A DNA stretch of 64,000 bases from an uncultured virus (IMG/VR IMGVR_UViG_3300044678_003135) (Duplodnaviria > Heunggongvirae > Uroviricota > Caudoviricetes). Under the pieces are notes generated by a model. It saw only the letters and a list, made by a program, of their open reading frames with translations. It was not told the origin of the DNA and did not search any database. Shown here piece after piece: positions 16,835 to 25,957 of this stretch. Position numbers and translations under genes: made by a program. Location: the IMG/VR virus record IMGVR_UViG_3300044678_003135; one strand, written 5' to 3'. Each line of letters begins with the position of its first letter. Position 1 is the first letter of the stretch.

Positions 16835-18151
16835 GTGCAGTTTCGTTTCGATCGCTCCAGCATTTCGGGCAACTGGGTGGAGACCCCCGAGGGATTCCTG
16901 CGCATTCGCGCCACCTTTGCCCGCACCGGTTGCCAGACCTACAGCAACCCGGATGGCTCGCAGCGTGTCGAGTACCGCCCCGAGTCGGAGGTGGCCCGCC
17001 AAGACAGCTTTCTGTCCCTTGGTGGCCTGCCGGTGACCCTGGAGCACCCGCCCCAGCTGCTCACCCCGGACACGGCCCGGCAGTACCAGCGGGGCGCTTC
17101 CGGCACCCACGTGGTCTACGACAACGGGTTTGTGCACGGCACTGTCGTGCTCACCGACCGTGAGGCGATCGAGGCCGTCAAGCGTGGCGACGCCACCGAG
17201 CTGTCGGTGGGTTACCGCTGCGAATACGACGCCACCCCCGGCGTCGCCCCGGACGGCACCCGTTACGACGGCGTGCAGCGCGCCATCTCTGGCAACCACC
17301 ACGCCATCACCCGCAAGGCCCGGGCGGGGTCGGAGGTGCGCCTGCATTTCGACTCCGCCGACGGCGACGACCCGCCGATCGTCGCGGTTTCTGCCGATCT
17401 CATTCCTTCCTTTGAGGACCCCTCCATGGCCACTTCCAGCCAGCCCGCCACTGATCGCACCGACATGAAGCCCCCCGCCGGCAAAACCGACGCCAAGGCC
17501 AAGGCCAAGGCCGAGGAAGAGATGGACCCTGAAGCCATGGAAGGCGACGACGGCATGGCCGGCGACGACGACCAGGAGAAGGAAGACGGCTACGGCATGG
17601 CCAAGGGCAAGAAGACCCGTGGCGACTCCGCCACCCCCGGCCGCAGCGTGCCCTGGGAGGTCTACAAGGCCACCGTTGATGATCTGGCCGCCTCTGAGTT
17701 GCGCTTCGACAGCCTCTCTGAGCAGCTCGCTGAGCTGGAGCAGCTGGTGGCCGAGCGCACCGATTCTGCTCCGGAGCCCGATCCTGAGCTGATCAATCAG
17801 CTGGTGGCCGAGCGGGTCGACGTGCTGGAGAAGGCCGGTGAGCTCATCGGCAAGCGGGAGCGCCATGACGGCCTCTCTAACCGCGAGGTGATGGTGCTGG
17901 CCCTGGAGGCCGCCGCGGTGCGAATCGATGGCCTCGAGGACCGCAGCGACGAATACATCGCCGCTCGCTTCGATGCCGCGTTCGAGAACGCCGAAAAGAT
18001 CCCCTACGCCCCCAATGCCGCCAACCTGCTGGCCCGCCAGCTGCAGGGCCTCACCACCCCCCGCAGCGATAGCAGCAGCGACGGCATCGCTGCAGCCGCG
18101 GCGGAGCACCGGCAGGCGGTGGCGAATGCCTGGCAGTCCACGGCCGCCTGA
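16835..18151 (+). CDS. DUF2213-family prohead protease with C-terminal scaffold
   Basis: TPEGFL...ARTG.Q.Y, PVTLEHP, ELSVGY, GNHHAI...RAG; acidic and coiled-coil C-terminal half. Confidence 0.88.
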   Translation: MQFRFDRSSISGNWVETPEGFLRIRATFARTGCQTYSNPDGSQRVEYRPESEVARQDSFLSLGGLPVTLEHPPQLLTPDTARQYQRGASGTHVVYDNGFVHGTVVLTDREAIEAVKRGDATELSVGYRCEYDATPGVAPDGTRYDGVQRAISGNHHAITRKARAGSEVRLHFDSADGDDPPIVAVSADLIPSFEDPSMATSSQPATDRTDMKPPAGKTDAKAKAKAEEEMDPEAMEGDDGMAGDDDQEKEDGYGMAKGKKTRGDSATPGRSVPWEVYKATVDDLAASELRFDSLSEQLAELEQLVAERTDSAPEPDPELINQLVAERVDVLEKAGELIGKRERHDGLSNREVMVLALEAAAVRIDGLEDRSDEYIAARFDAAFENAEKIPYAPNAANLLARQLQGLTTPRSDSSSDGIAAAAAEHRQAVANAWQSTAA

Positions 18152-18191
18152 TCCCGTTCCCGCCCTTCCCTGACCCCCTTTCCTTAGAACC

Positions 18192-18755
18192 ATGGCCCAG
18201 ACCTTCACCAATAACGCCGCCACCGTCTTCGCCGGTGTTGGCCGCGACTACCCCATGCAGATGGGCATCGGCCGCATCGGTGAGCTTGCCGACATCAGCA
18301 ACAGCACCATCATCAGCGGCAACAACGAAACGGCCGCCCGGATCCTGTTCGGCATTCCCGTGATCCGGAACGGCTCCGGCGTCCTGCCCAACTCCTGCAC
18401 CCCTGCGGTGGCAGCCTCCACGATCCTGGGCATCACCGTCTTGACCGACGTGCACGAGGTGTCCCATCGCGATGCCGCGACTCCGTATCAGGAGGGCATC
18501 AAGCCCGGCGGTGCGGTCAACATCCTCAAGGTCGGCGCCATCTACCTCGACTGCTGGGAAACCCTCGCCCCCGGCAACGCCCTGCGCTATTTCAAGAGCG
18601 GCAACAACGCGGGCCGCTGGGGCAAAACCGCCAGCACCGGCAACAGCCTCAACTTCTCCGCCGGTGGCTGGGAGATCGAGCGCCCGGCGGCTGCTGGTGG
18701 CCTGGCCATCGTGCGCTTCAACACCCCGGCGGCTCTGGTTGTCACCGCTGACTGA
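18192..18755 (+). CDS. Capsid decoration/cement protein
   Basis: Position between protease and capsid; beta-rich; FGIPV and AVNILKVGAIY motifs. Confidence 0.75.
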   Translation: MAQTFTNNAATVFAGVGRDYPMQMGIGRIGELADISNSTIISGNNETAARILFGIPVIRNGSGVLPNSCTPAVAASTILGITVLTDVHEVSHRDAATPYQEGIKPGGAVNILKVGAIYLDCWETLAPGNALRYFKSGNNAGRWGKTASTGNSLNFSAGGWEIERPAAAGGLAIVRFNTPAALVVTAD

Positions 18756-18810
18756 TCACTCCCCCTAACCCGATCCCCATCACCCCCTGCCCTCCTCCCG
18801 GAGACGACCC

Positions 18811-19743
18811 ATGAGCCACCGCCTGGACAACTACAGCGAGGGAGCGTTCCTCGTCGATCAGCTGCAGCACATCATCCCTGGTGTGCTGCGCAAGCCTTAC
18901 GCCGAAATCGTCTACCCCAAGATCTGCCCCGTCAGCTTCGAGGTGGACCCCGGCGCCACCTCGATCAAGCGCCCCATCTGGGATCGCACCGGCAACTTTG
19001 ATTTGATTTCCGACGCTGCCGACGACCTGCCCCGCTCCGGCGTAAAGGTGGGTGAGATCGTGAACGAGATCCGCGAGTTCGGCGGCGCGTTCGACTACAC
19101 CCAGTCCGAGCTGCTGTCGGCAAAAATGGCCGGCGTGGGCATCACCAGCGAGCGGGCCGATGCGGTGCGCGACGCCTACGAGCGCCGCAACAACATCACC
19201 TGCCTGTTCGGCCGGGCCGGCACCGGCCTGCGCGGCATGCTCAACCACCCCGCCATCGACCGTGTGGTGGTGACCGGGAACTCCTCTGACGCCTGGTTCA
19301 ACGACCCCAACACCACGCCCCAGCAGATGCTCGATCTGCTCAATTTCGGGGTCACGCAAATGCGGGTCAATTCCAAGCAGGTGGAGTCGCCCAACTCGCT
19401 CCTGATGGGTGAATCGGATCACCGGATCGTCTCCACCACCTGCCGCAGCGCCACCGACAACATGACGGTGCTGGAGCTGTTCCTGAAGATGAACCCCGGC
19501 ATCACCAGCGTGGAGCCGATCAACGAGCTCGACCCGGCCAACTCCGGCGGCAACCTCAGCGCCCGCCGGATGCTCTTCTACCGGAAGGATCCGACCAAGG
19601 GGAAGTTCCACATCCCCCTGCCCCTCACCTTCCTCCCCCCCCAGCCGAAGAACCTCAAGTTCATCGTGCCCTCGATGAGCAAGATCGGCGGCTTCATCCC
19701 CGAATTTCCGGTTGCCTTCCTCTACATCGAGGACGGCGGCTGA
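18811..19743 (+). CDS. Major capsid protein (DUF2184 type, HK97 fold)
   Basis: QLQHI...Y.EI, ADDLPR, LFG...GLRGMLNHP; size and position. Confidence 0.88.
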   Translation: MSHRLDNYSEGAFLVDQLQHIIPGVLRKPYAEIVYPKICPVSFEVDPGATSIKRPIWDRTGNFDLISDAADDLPRSGVKVGEIVNEIREFGGAFDYTQSELLSAKMAGVGITSERADAVRDAYERRNNITCLFGRAGTGLRGMLNHPAIDRVVVTGNSSDAWFNDPNTTPQQMLDLLNFGVTQMRVNSKQVESPNSLLMGESDHRIVSTTCRSATDNMTVLELFLKMNPGITSVEPINELDPANSGGNLSARRMLFYRKDPTKGKFHIPLPLTFLPPQPKNLKFIVPSMSKIGGFIPEFPVAFLYIEDGG

Positions 19744-19793
19744 TCACGGCTGATCGGCTTGATTCCCGTGCACCCTTCCCCCATCCGCTCCCT

Positions 19794-20279
19794 ATGACGA
19801 CGACCCATCCCACCAAGCCCGCCACCAAGCCCGAGACCGAAGCCGCACCCCAGGAGGCCATCACCGGCTCCCTGGCGGTGGTCTTCACTCCCGAGCTGAA
19901 TGAGGCCTGCCTGCAGTCCTGCCGTGGGGGCTCCCTGGCTTGGGTGTTTGGCCCGCTGAGCAATCCCACCACGCTGCGCATCAACCCGGGCCTCAATGGC
20001 CCGATCGATCGCAGCCTGTGGGAGCAGGCCAAGGAACGGCCCGACACCCAGGTGCTGATGGGGCGCGGCCTGCTTCAGGAGATCGAGCTCACCGATGGCG
20101 CCACCAACGCCGACGGTGAGCTGACCCTCGGCGCCGTTTCGGTGCCGGTGGCGATCCGCCTGGTCTACGGCTGCCGGAACACCGAGCAGCTGCAGCAATG
20201 GCTCCGCAAGGAGGACCGCCAACAGCTGCGCGAGCGGATCGCGACCCGGATCCAAGAGATCAACGACGGCAAGCCCTGA
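19794..20279 (+). CDS. Head-associated hypothetical protein
   Basis: Follows the capsid gene in the structural operon. Confidence 0.7.
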   Translation: MTTTHPTKPATKPETEAAPQEAITGSLAVVFTPELNEACLQSCRGGSLAWVFGPLSNPTTLRINPGLNGPIDRSLWEQAKERPDTQVLMGRGLLQEIELTDGATNADGELTLGAVSVPVAIRLVYGCRNTEQLQQWLRKEDRQQLRERIATRIQEINDGKP

Positions 20280-20281
20280 CC

Positions 20282-20587
20282 ATGGCCGTGCCCACCCTTC
20301 CTGAGTTCCTCGATCGGTTCCCCGAACTGGCTGTGCACACCCATGCCCAGCTGGAGCAGGCGCTGGCCACCGCCGGCCGCCGCTGTGATGAAACCGTGTG
20401 GGACAACCTCCACGGCGATGGCGTGGGCCTGTTCGCTGCCCACCTCATCGCCTGCCGGGTGCGTGAGGTGGGGGCCCAGGTGGGCCAGGCCGCTGCCTCC
20501 GCCGGCAGTGGCATCGAGGCCACCTACTACGGGCAGCAGTTCGCCGAGCTGCAGTCCTGCCTCCCCCTTTGCGGCTTCGCGATCTGA
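20282..20587 (+). CDS. Head-tail adaptor (DUF4054-like)
   Basis: FLDRFPEL...AAHL...TYYGQQF. Confidence 0.8.
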   Translation: MAVPTLPEFLDRFPELAVHTHAQLEQALATAGRRCDETVWDNLHGDGVGLFAAHLIACRVREVGAQVGQAAASAGSGIEATYYGQQFAELQSCLPLCGFAI

Positions 20588-20991
20588 TGACCACCACCCC
20601 CCAGCCAGCCTCCGCCTACGGCAACCTCGCCAACTCCACCCTGGCGTTTGAGGTTGCTGGTGCGGTGCTGACGGTGGATGCCGACACCGGCAACCAGGTG
20701 GCGGCCACGGAGGTGATCAACTACCTGGCGGCCCTGCGGATCAATCGCTCCCGCTGGGAGAAGCAGGTGGGGGTGGATGAGAGCACCTTCCCCTGCACCG
20801 GCCGGCTGCTGAGCCCCGCCACCCTCGATCCACGCATCGTGAGCGGCAGCAAGGCGGTGGCGGTGATCAATGGCCGCCGGGGCCGCTTTGAGCTGCAGGA
20901 AGACCTGGGGGCTCCCGTGGGTGCCATGCCGCTGCTGCGCCAGCAGATCAACGGCACCTTCCGGGTCACCGGAGGCCGCGGCGATGAATGA
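20587..20991 (+). CDS. Head completion/stopper protein (putative)
   Basis: Synteny; TGATG coupling. Confidence 0.6.
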   Translation: MTTTPQPASAYGNLANSTLAFEVAGAVLTVDADTGNQVAATEVINYLAALRINRSRWEKQVGVDESTFPCTGRLLSPATLDPRIVSGSKAVAVINGRRGRFELQEDLGAPVGAMPLLRQQINGTFRVTGGRGDE

Positions 20992-21439
20992 GCAGCTGCT
21001 GCGCGAGGTGGTGAGTGAGGCCTGGGGGCGTTTCAGCGCCCACGTGGACTCTGAGCTGACCCGGCACATCACCGAACCGAAGTGGGACTGGCCGCGGGGA
21101 GAGAGCCCCAGGGACATCGTCGACACCGGCGACCTGCGGGCTTCGCAAACGATGACGATCGATCCCCGCCCTGGGGTGATGGTCACCAAGTACCGCTGGT
21201 CGGCTCCCTATGCCCCGGCGGTGCATGACGGCGCGGTGTTCAAGGCCACAGATGCTGAGGGCAACCCCAAGACCATGACGGCCCGGCCCTGGACCCGTGA
21301 GCTGATGAAGGACCGCCAGCGGCTGCAGAGCACCTTCCAGTTGCACTTCACCCTGTCGGCCAAACGGCGGGGCCTCGGCGGCAACAACGGCGGCGGGGCC
21401 CCGGCCCCGGCCGTGCCGCCGGCTGGAGGTGCATCGTGA
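20984..21439 (+). CDS. Neck/tail completion protein (HK97 gp10-like)
   Basis: IVDTGDLRAS...YAPAVHDG...ARPW. Confidence 0.75.
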   Translation: MNEQLLREVVSEAWGRFSAHVDSELTRHITEPKWDWPRGESPRDIVDTGDLRASQTMTIDPRPGVMVTKYRWSAPYAPAVHDGAVFKATDAEGNPKTMTARPWTRELMKDRQRLQSTFQLHFTLSAKRRGLGGNNGGGAPAPAVPPAGGAS

Positions 21440-21873
21440 CCCAGGCACGTTGCCAGGTGGAGCTGGGCGCCACCGTCCGCCAGGTGGCCGACGACCTGCG
21501 CGCCCTGTTCGGCCCGCTTCTAGGCCTCTACAAGCGGCCCGAAGGCCCACCAATCCAGGCCTTCTGGACGGTGGGCAAGGGCCAGGTGCGGCCGAGCTAC
21601 ACGGCCACCGGCATCGAGGCGGTGCTCACCAACGCCCCGGAGCGCGAGCTCCTCGGCCGCCCCACCCCGGTGCTGGCAACCATGCGGACCTGGACCCTCA
21701 CCTTTACCCAGTTCGACAGCAGCAGCGATCTGGAGGCTGTGCGGCTGCTGGCGTTTCGCGCCTGGCCGACGGCCCAGCAACGTCACCAGCCCCAGACTGA
21801 TGACAGCTACGAGCGGCTCATCATCGAGCTGCCCGATCCGGTCCTGATCGCCTCGCTGGCCGCTTCCGGTTGA
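21436..21873 (+). CDS. Tail terminator (putative)
   Basis: Synteny immediately before the tail tube gene. Confidence 0.6.
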   Translation: MTQARCQVELGATVRQVADDLRALFGPLLGLYKRPEGPPIQAFWTVGKGQVRPSYTATGIEAVLTNAPERELLGRPTPVLATMRTWTLTFTQFDSSSDLEAVRLLAFRAWPTAQQRHQPQTDDSYERLIIELPDPVLIASLAASG

Positions 21874-21930
21874 TCCAGCAGCCGCCTCTGTTCATCCCCT
21901 CTCGACCCCCGACATTCCAAGGACATCGAC

Positions 21931-22944
21931 ATGACGACCGATTTTGCGATTGGGCAAGGCTTTATCAAGGCGCATCGCAGCATCCTGCTCATGACCCCGC
22001 TGAGGGCCCCCTGCCGCTACTTCCCCGTCCGGGATAGCTCCGGCTTCATCACCCGCCCCACCCTGGACACCGGCGACTGGGCCCGGGAGCTCCAGACCGT
22101 CAAACAGGTGTCCTTCAACGTCGACAACAACGATCGGGAGTTCCGCCTGATCGGTGATGACGGCTGGAGCGACAGCGTGACGACCGGCTCCAAGGTCAGC
22201 GCCAGCTTCGACACCTTCTTCTCCCGGAGCATCGTCCAGGCGGCCACCGGCAACTGCCCCGAGTTCCGCGGCGACTACTCCGAGGAGTTCGCCATCGTCG
22301 AGAAAGCTCGCTACGACACCGACTACGAGGTGTTCGTGGAGATGTTCAAGGAGCTGGGCCGCGCCAGCGGCAGCACCGGCGACTACGTGTACGACTACGC
22401 CGGGTTTAACTGCTGCCTGCGCAACTACAAGGAGCCCCAGGCGGCTGAGGACCTGATCAACGTCACCTTCGACGGCATGAGCCGTGGTCGGGCCGTGTTC
22501 GGTCGCTTCAATGCCGGCGCTTCTCCACTCGCCAGCGGGGCCATCCAATCCGTGATCCTTACCACTGCCCCCTCCAGCGGCACCCGCCGATATGCGGTGG
22601 TGCCGGTCGACAACGGCACGGCGGCAGTGGTCACTGCCAACCAGACCGTCACCTACACCTCCGACGGCACGGCGGCCCTCACCCAGCTGGCCCTGGGTGC
22701 TGCCGATGGCTCCGGCTTCCGCCTCGAGCTGGCCTCCAGCGGCGTCCGCGTCCCGGCGGTGGTCACCCTGGCCTCGAACGTGGTCACGATCAACCCGGTG
22801 GCCGACCTGGCCGCGGCGACCATCTACCGGCTGGTGGTGCGCGATGGGGCGATCACCCAGGCGGTCAACGCCTCCCTGGTGGCCGATGCCGCCGGCATCC
22901 GCCGGCCGCTGGCGGGTTTCTCCACCACCTTCCGCACCGCCTGA
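21931..22944 (+). CDS. Major tail tube protein with C-terminal Ig-like domain
   Basis: DDGWSDSVTTG tube motif; VTINPVADLAAATIYRLVV...FSTTF Big_5-like tail. Confidence 0.8.
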   Translation: MTTDFAIGQGFIKAHRSILLMTPLRAPCRYFPVRDSSGFITRPTLDTGDWARELQTVKQVSFNVDNNDREFRLIGDDGWSDSVTTGSKVSASFDTFFSRSIVQAATGNCPEFRGDYSEEFAIVEKARYDTDYEVFVEMFKELGRASGSTGDYVYDYAGFNCCLRNYKEPQAAEDLINVTFDGMSRGRAVFGRFNAGASPLASGAIQSVILTTAPSSGTRRYAVVPVDNGTAAVVTANQTVTYTSDGTAALTQLALGAADGSGFRLELASSGVRVPAVVTLASNVVTINPVADLAAATIYRLVVRDGAITQAVNASLVADAAGIRRPLAGFSTTFRTA

Positions 22945-22973
22945 TCCTGATCAGGGCAACAGGGGCAACATCG

Positions 22974-22994
22974 GGGGCCTGCGGGCCCCTTTTT
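22974..22994 (+). terminator. Rho-independent terminator
   Basis: GGGGCC-TGCG-GGCCCC-TTTTT after the tail tube stop. Confidence 0.85.
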
Positions 22995-23025
22995 CGTGGC
23001 GTCATGCCTTCCTGAGGCTTGGTTA

Positions 23026-23391
23026 TCAGATCCCCAACGCTTTAGCTCTAAGCTTTTCGGCTTCCTCGGAAGTTATAAGGTTCTGGTTTTTCATGGAGTC
23101 TATCTTGGATAGCTTCGCCTCAAGCTGATCCAGGCTGCTTGACTGGACTAAATCAAGCGAGTTGCTTGATTCATTCTCTTCCTGGATTTCTCTAAGCTGC
23201 TCCGCAGTTGCCACAGGAGTTGATGCTGCCATCAGGACGTAAACGATGATTCCTACGACATAAAAACCGCCAAGCACGAAAACAATTCTGTAGGCCAGAG
23301 CATTCCCTCTTCCGCAGGCCTCAAGACCTTTGCAAACGCCTGAGAAGACTGCCCCCTGACGAACTCTATAAAGCTTGGTCGAAGAAGCCAT
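23026..23391 (-). CDS. PspC-domain membrane protein with C-terminal SHOCT-like helix pair (moron)
   Basis: KLYR...GAVFSGVCKGL...RIVFV...GIIVYVLM; NLITSEEAEKLRAKAL; low GC. Confidence 0.85.
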   Translation of the reverse strand: MASSTKLYRVRQGAVFSGVCKGLEACGRGNALAYRIVFVLGGFYVVGIIVYVLMAASTPVATAEQLREIQEENESSNSLDLVQSSSLDQLEAKLSKIDSMKNQNLITSEEAEKLRAKALGI

Positions 23392-23629
23392 CGATCGTAG
23401 CGGGAAAAATTGGCCAGGAACTTAACACAAGACTCAATCTTGCGCGGTACAGGCCTGCAGCCGTGAAGCAGCTGATCTCGCCGAGCCTGGCCGCGGCTGG
23501 GGGCCACAGCCCTCGCCTCCCGTACTCTTGCACCGGGGGGAAGGGTCTGCCCTACCCGCAAGGCGGGCGCCGGGAGTGGTGCCATCTGTCGCCACTTGTG
23601 CTCGGTACTGAGGGCCCTCCCCCCACCTC

Positions 23630-23654
23630 TTGACAAAAGGCGAACTGTTGTACC
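23630..23654 (+). promoter_or_regulatory. -35 TTGACA plus cyanobacterial-type LexA box upstream of the antirepressor-like gene
   Basis: TTGACA 23630-35; CGAACTGTTGTACC 23641-54 (reverse complement GGTAC-AAC-AGTTCG fits RGTACNNNDGTWCB). Confidence 0.65.
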
Positions 23655-23715
23655 GTAACAACACCTGGTGGCAGCACTGGGCAACAGATCCGCCCGCTTC
23701 GAGCGGGAGTCATCG

Positions 23716-24690
23716 ATGAATAGCAGCCTCACCCCCAAGGGGATGGAGTCCCGCACCTGGAATGGTGTGGGCATCTTGCGTCGGCCCCTCGACGGCTACG
23801 TGAACGCCACAGCCATGTGCAAGGCCTACGGACGGCAGTGGTCCCACTACATGGAGAATGCCCGGACATCCCAGTATCTGCAAGCGTTGTCGAGCCAGTA
23901 TCTGCAAGCGTTGTCGAGGTCCCTCGGAATTCCGAGGGACCTCCTGACCCAGTCGATCACGACCGGCCCGAACGATCTGCGCGGCACCTGGGTCCACCCC
24001 CGCATCGCGGTGGACCTGGCCCGGTGGCTGCACCCTGAGTTTGCCGTGATGATGGACGGCTGGTTCCTGGAGAGCTTCACGCCCAAGCTCGCCGCCGATC
24101 CCAACCCGGCCCCGGCGGCCCTGCCCCCGAAGCAGCGTGAGCTGCTGGAGTACCAGGTCGGCGGCCCTGGCATCAACGTCCTCGGCGCCACCGCCTTCTC
24201 TGAGCCGCTGACCCAGATCCTCGACGCCTACACCACCCAGACGGAAGCCGAGCAGGAGGCACTGCCCCAACCTGAGCGCTGCCGTTCCCTGCGCTACCCC
24301 CGCCCTGCCGCCAAGCACTTCCTTGAATGGTTCGTCGCTGAGCACGGCCAGCTGGTGATCTCCCCCGCCCCTATCGGCATCCCTGTCGGAGCGGTGGCAT
24401 GCCCTCCCCGGCCACCGGCCCCGCCGGCACCCGCGCCGCAGCCCCCACGCAACGATCAGGCCTGGGCCATGCCCCAGCAGCGCTTCAATCGCGGCGACCT
24501 CATCACCGGCCCCGAGCTGGCCCACCTCCTGCACCTCGAAGCCCACACCATCAACAAGTGGGCCGCTGCCAAGCCGATCGGAGCAGAACGCGACGGCTGG
24601 CGCCTCATCGGCCGCGGCAAGCTCTCCGCCGGAAAGCTGTGCAGCACCTATCCCCCGGGCTGTGCCAGCTGGCTGTTCATGAAGCTCTGA
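23716..24690 (+). CDS. KilA-N domain protein (antirepressor-like)
   Basis: DGYVNATAMCKA...GTWVHPRIAVDLARWLHPEF; the start could alternatively be GTG 23668. Confidence 0.88.
   Translation: MNSSLTPKGMESRTWNGVGILRRPLDGYVNATAMCKAYGRQWSHYMENARTSQYLQALSSQYLQALSRSLGIPRDLLTQSITTGPNDLRGTWVHPRIAVDLARWLHPEFAVMMDGWFLESFTPKLAADPNPAPAALPPKQRELLEYQVGGPGINVLGATAFSEPLTQILDAYTTQTEAEQEALPQPERCRSLRYPRPAAKHFLEWFVAEHGQLVISPAPIGIPVGAVACPPRPPAPPAPAPQPPRNDQAWAMPQQRFNRGDLITGPELAHLLHLEAHTINKWAAAKPIGAERDGWRLIGRGKLSAGKLCSTYPPGCASWLFMKL
23871..23918 (+). repeat. Perfect 24-bp tandem duplication in KilA-N
   Basis: ccagtatctgcaagcgttgtcgag x2 (SQYLQALS x2). Confidence 0.95.
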
Positions 24691-24753
24691 GCCTCACTGC
24701 CGCCACGGCCCGGGCCCTGCGCCTGGGCCACCCCATCCCCTTGCACGCTCTCC

Positions 24754-25074
24754 ATGCCCGTTCTTCCTCTCTGGTCTTCCCCTCCTCCTGACGAGTGGGA
24801 TGCCGCCATGCGCGCCGAGCTGAAGGTGCTCCGCTCCACCATCCTCCGAGTGGGCCTGCTGGCTGCCGGCATGGCCTGCTCCCCTGAAGAGCGGTTTCGG
24901 CTCCAGCTGCTGGCCCACCAGGATCCCGAGGGCATCACAACGGCCAACATGATGGAGCTCGACATCCAGATGCTGCAGCTCACCCGAGACGTGGCCGTCT
25001 ACGCCCAGGCGGCTGTCAGCAAGGCCGCGGCGGCTCCAGATGATCCGCGCCGGCAGGAGGGAGCACAGACTTGA
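24754..25074 (+). CDS. Hypothetical protein
   Basis: ATG ORF with typical codon usage. Confidence 0.5.
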   Translation: MPVLPLWSSPPPDEWDAAMRAELKVLRSTILRVGLLAAGMACSPEERFRLQLLAHQDPEGITTANMMELDIQMLQLTRDVAVYAQAAVSKAAAAPDDPRRQEGAQT

Positions 25075-25094
25075 GGCACCACTGATCGCTAGCT

Positions 25095-25343
25095 GTGCAT
25101 CACCGCCTGCTGCTGACCCCGATGCAAAACGTGGTGGCGATCGACTGCCGCGCCCCTGACGCTGGCGGCGAGGTGTCGGTGGGCATGCTGGTGATCGAAG
25201 CCGGCACCAGTGATACAGAGGTACTGGTGACCCCACCCACGGGCGGTAATGAGTTCTGGATGTCGCTGCCTGAGGGTGTTCTGAATCAAGGCCAGCGCTA
25301 CGTTGGGTTCCAGATCCGTGCAGCCCTTCGGCCTGTTTCATGA
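25095..25343 (+). CDS. Small tail-region protein
   Basis: ATGA overlap with the chaperone gene. Confidence 0.6.
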   Translation: MHHRLLLTPMQNVVAIDCRAPDAGGEVSVGMLVIEAGTSDTEVLVTPPTGGNEFWMSLPEGVLNQGQRYVGFQIRAALRPVS

Positions 25344-25957
25344 CCTTCAGCAGCCGCCTTTTGGCGTCGTTCCGCACCGGTCACAAAATCATCGGCGGCA
25401 AGTTCCGCCTCGCGGTCTACGGCAAGGTGCTCCAGGGGGAAGCGGAGCTCCTCGAGCAGCACGATCGGGAGCGCTGCGTCAGCGTTGGCGCCTTCTACCA
25501 GCTGGCCGATGGCATCGCCAAGGAGACGGGGATGCCCCTGGAGGAGGTGGACAAGCTGATCCAGAACATGACCGCTGCGGTGGATCCAGGAAATCCTGAT
25601 TCCGTCAAAGGCGCGCTGCAGTCCTTTGGGCTGCTCTCCACCGATCAGGGCCGGCTGCACAACTTCCTCGCCAGCCAAACCCTGCTGGGTGATCAGAAGA
25701 AGGCCCAGGTCCATAGGGTGCTGATCGGCCGCGGCGAGGGGATGGACCCCGAAAGCCTGGAGTGGGTGAAGCTGAGGCCCGATTTGTGGGGTGCGGAGGA
25801 CACCGCTCAGCTGCCGACCGATCTGATCAATGAGATCCAGCAGTTCCTCCTCGATGAGAAAGCGGCGATGCTGGCCGCGGGAAAGCCTCAGGCACCGGCG
25901 AAGAGGCCCCGTCGAGCGCCGAAGAGCTCACCCGCAGCGAGCACCGCGACCGAATAG
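25340..25957 (+). CDS. Tail assembly chaperone (lambda gpG-like)
   Basis: Upstream of the tape measure; contains the slippery G-GGA-AAG. Confidence 0.8.
   Translation: MTFSSRLLASFRTGHKIIGGKFRLAVYGKVLQGEAELLEQHDRERCVSVGAFYQLADGIAKETGMPLEEVDKLIQNMTAAVDPGNPDSVKGALQSFGLLSTDQGRLHNFLASQTLLGDQKKAQVHRVLIGRGEGMDPESLEWVKLRPDLWGAEDTAQLPTDLINEIQQFLLDEKAAMLAAGKPQAPAKRPRRAPKSSPAASTATE
25879..25885 (+). other. -1 programmed ribosomal frameshift site GGGAAAG
   Basis: Read G GGA AAG in the chaperone frame; the -1 frame is open from 25879 to the stop at 26370. Confidence 0.85.
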
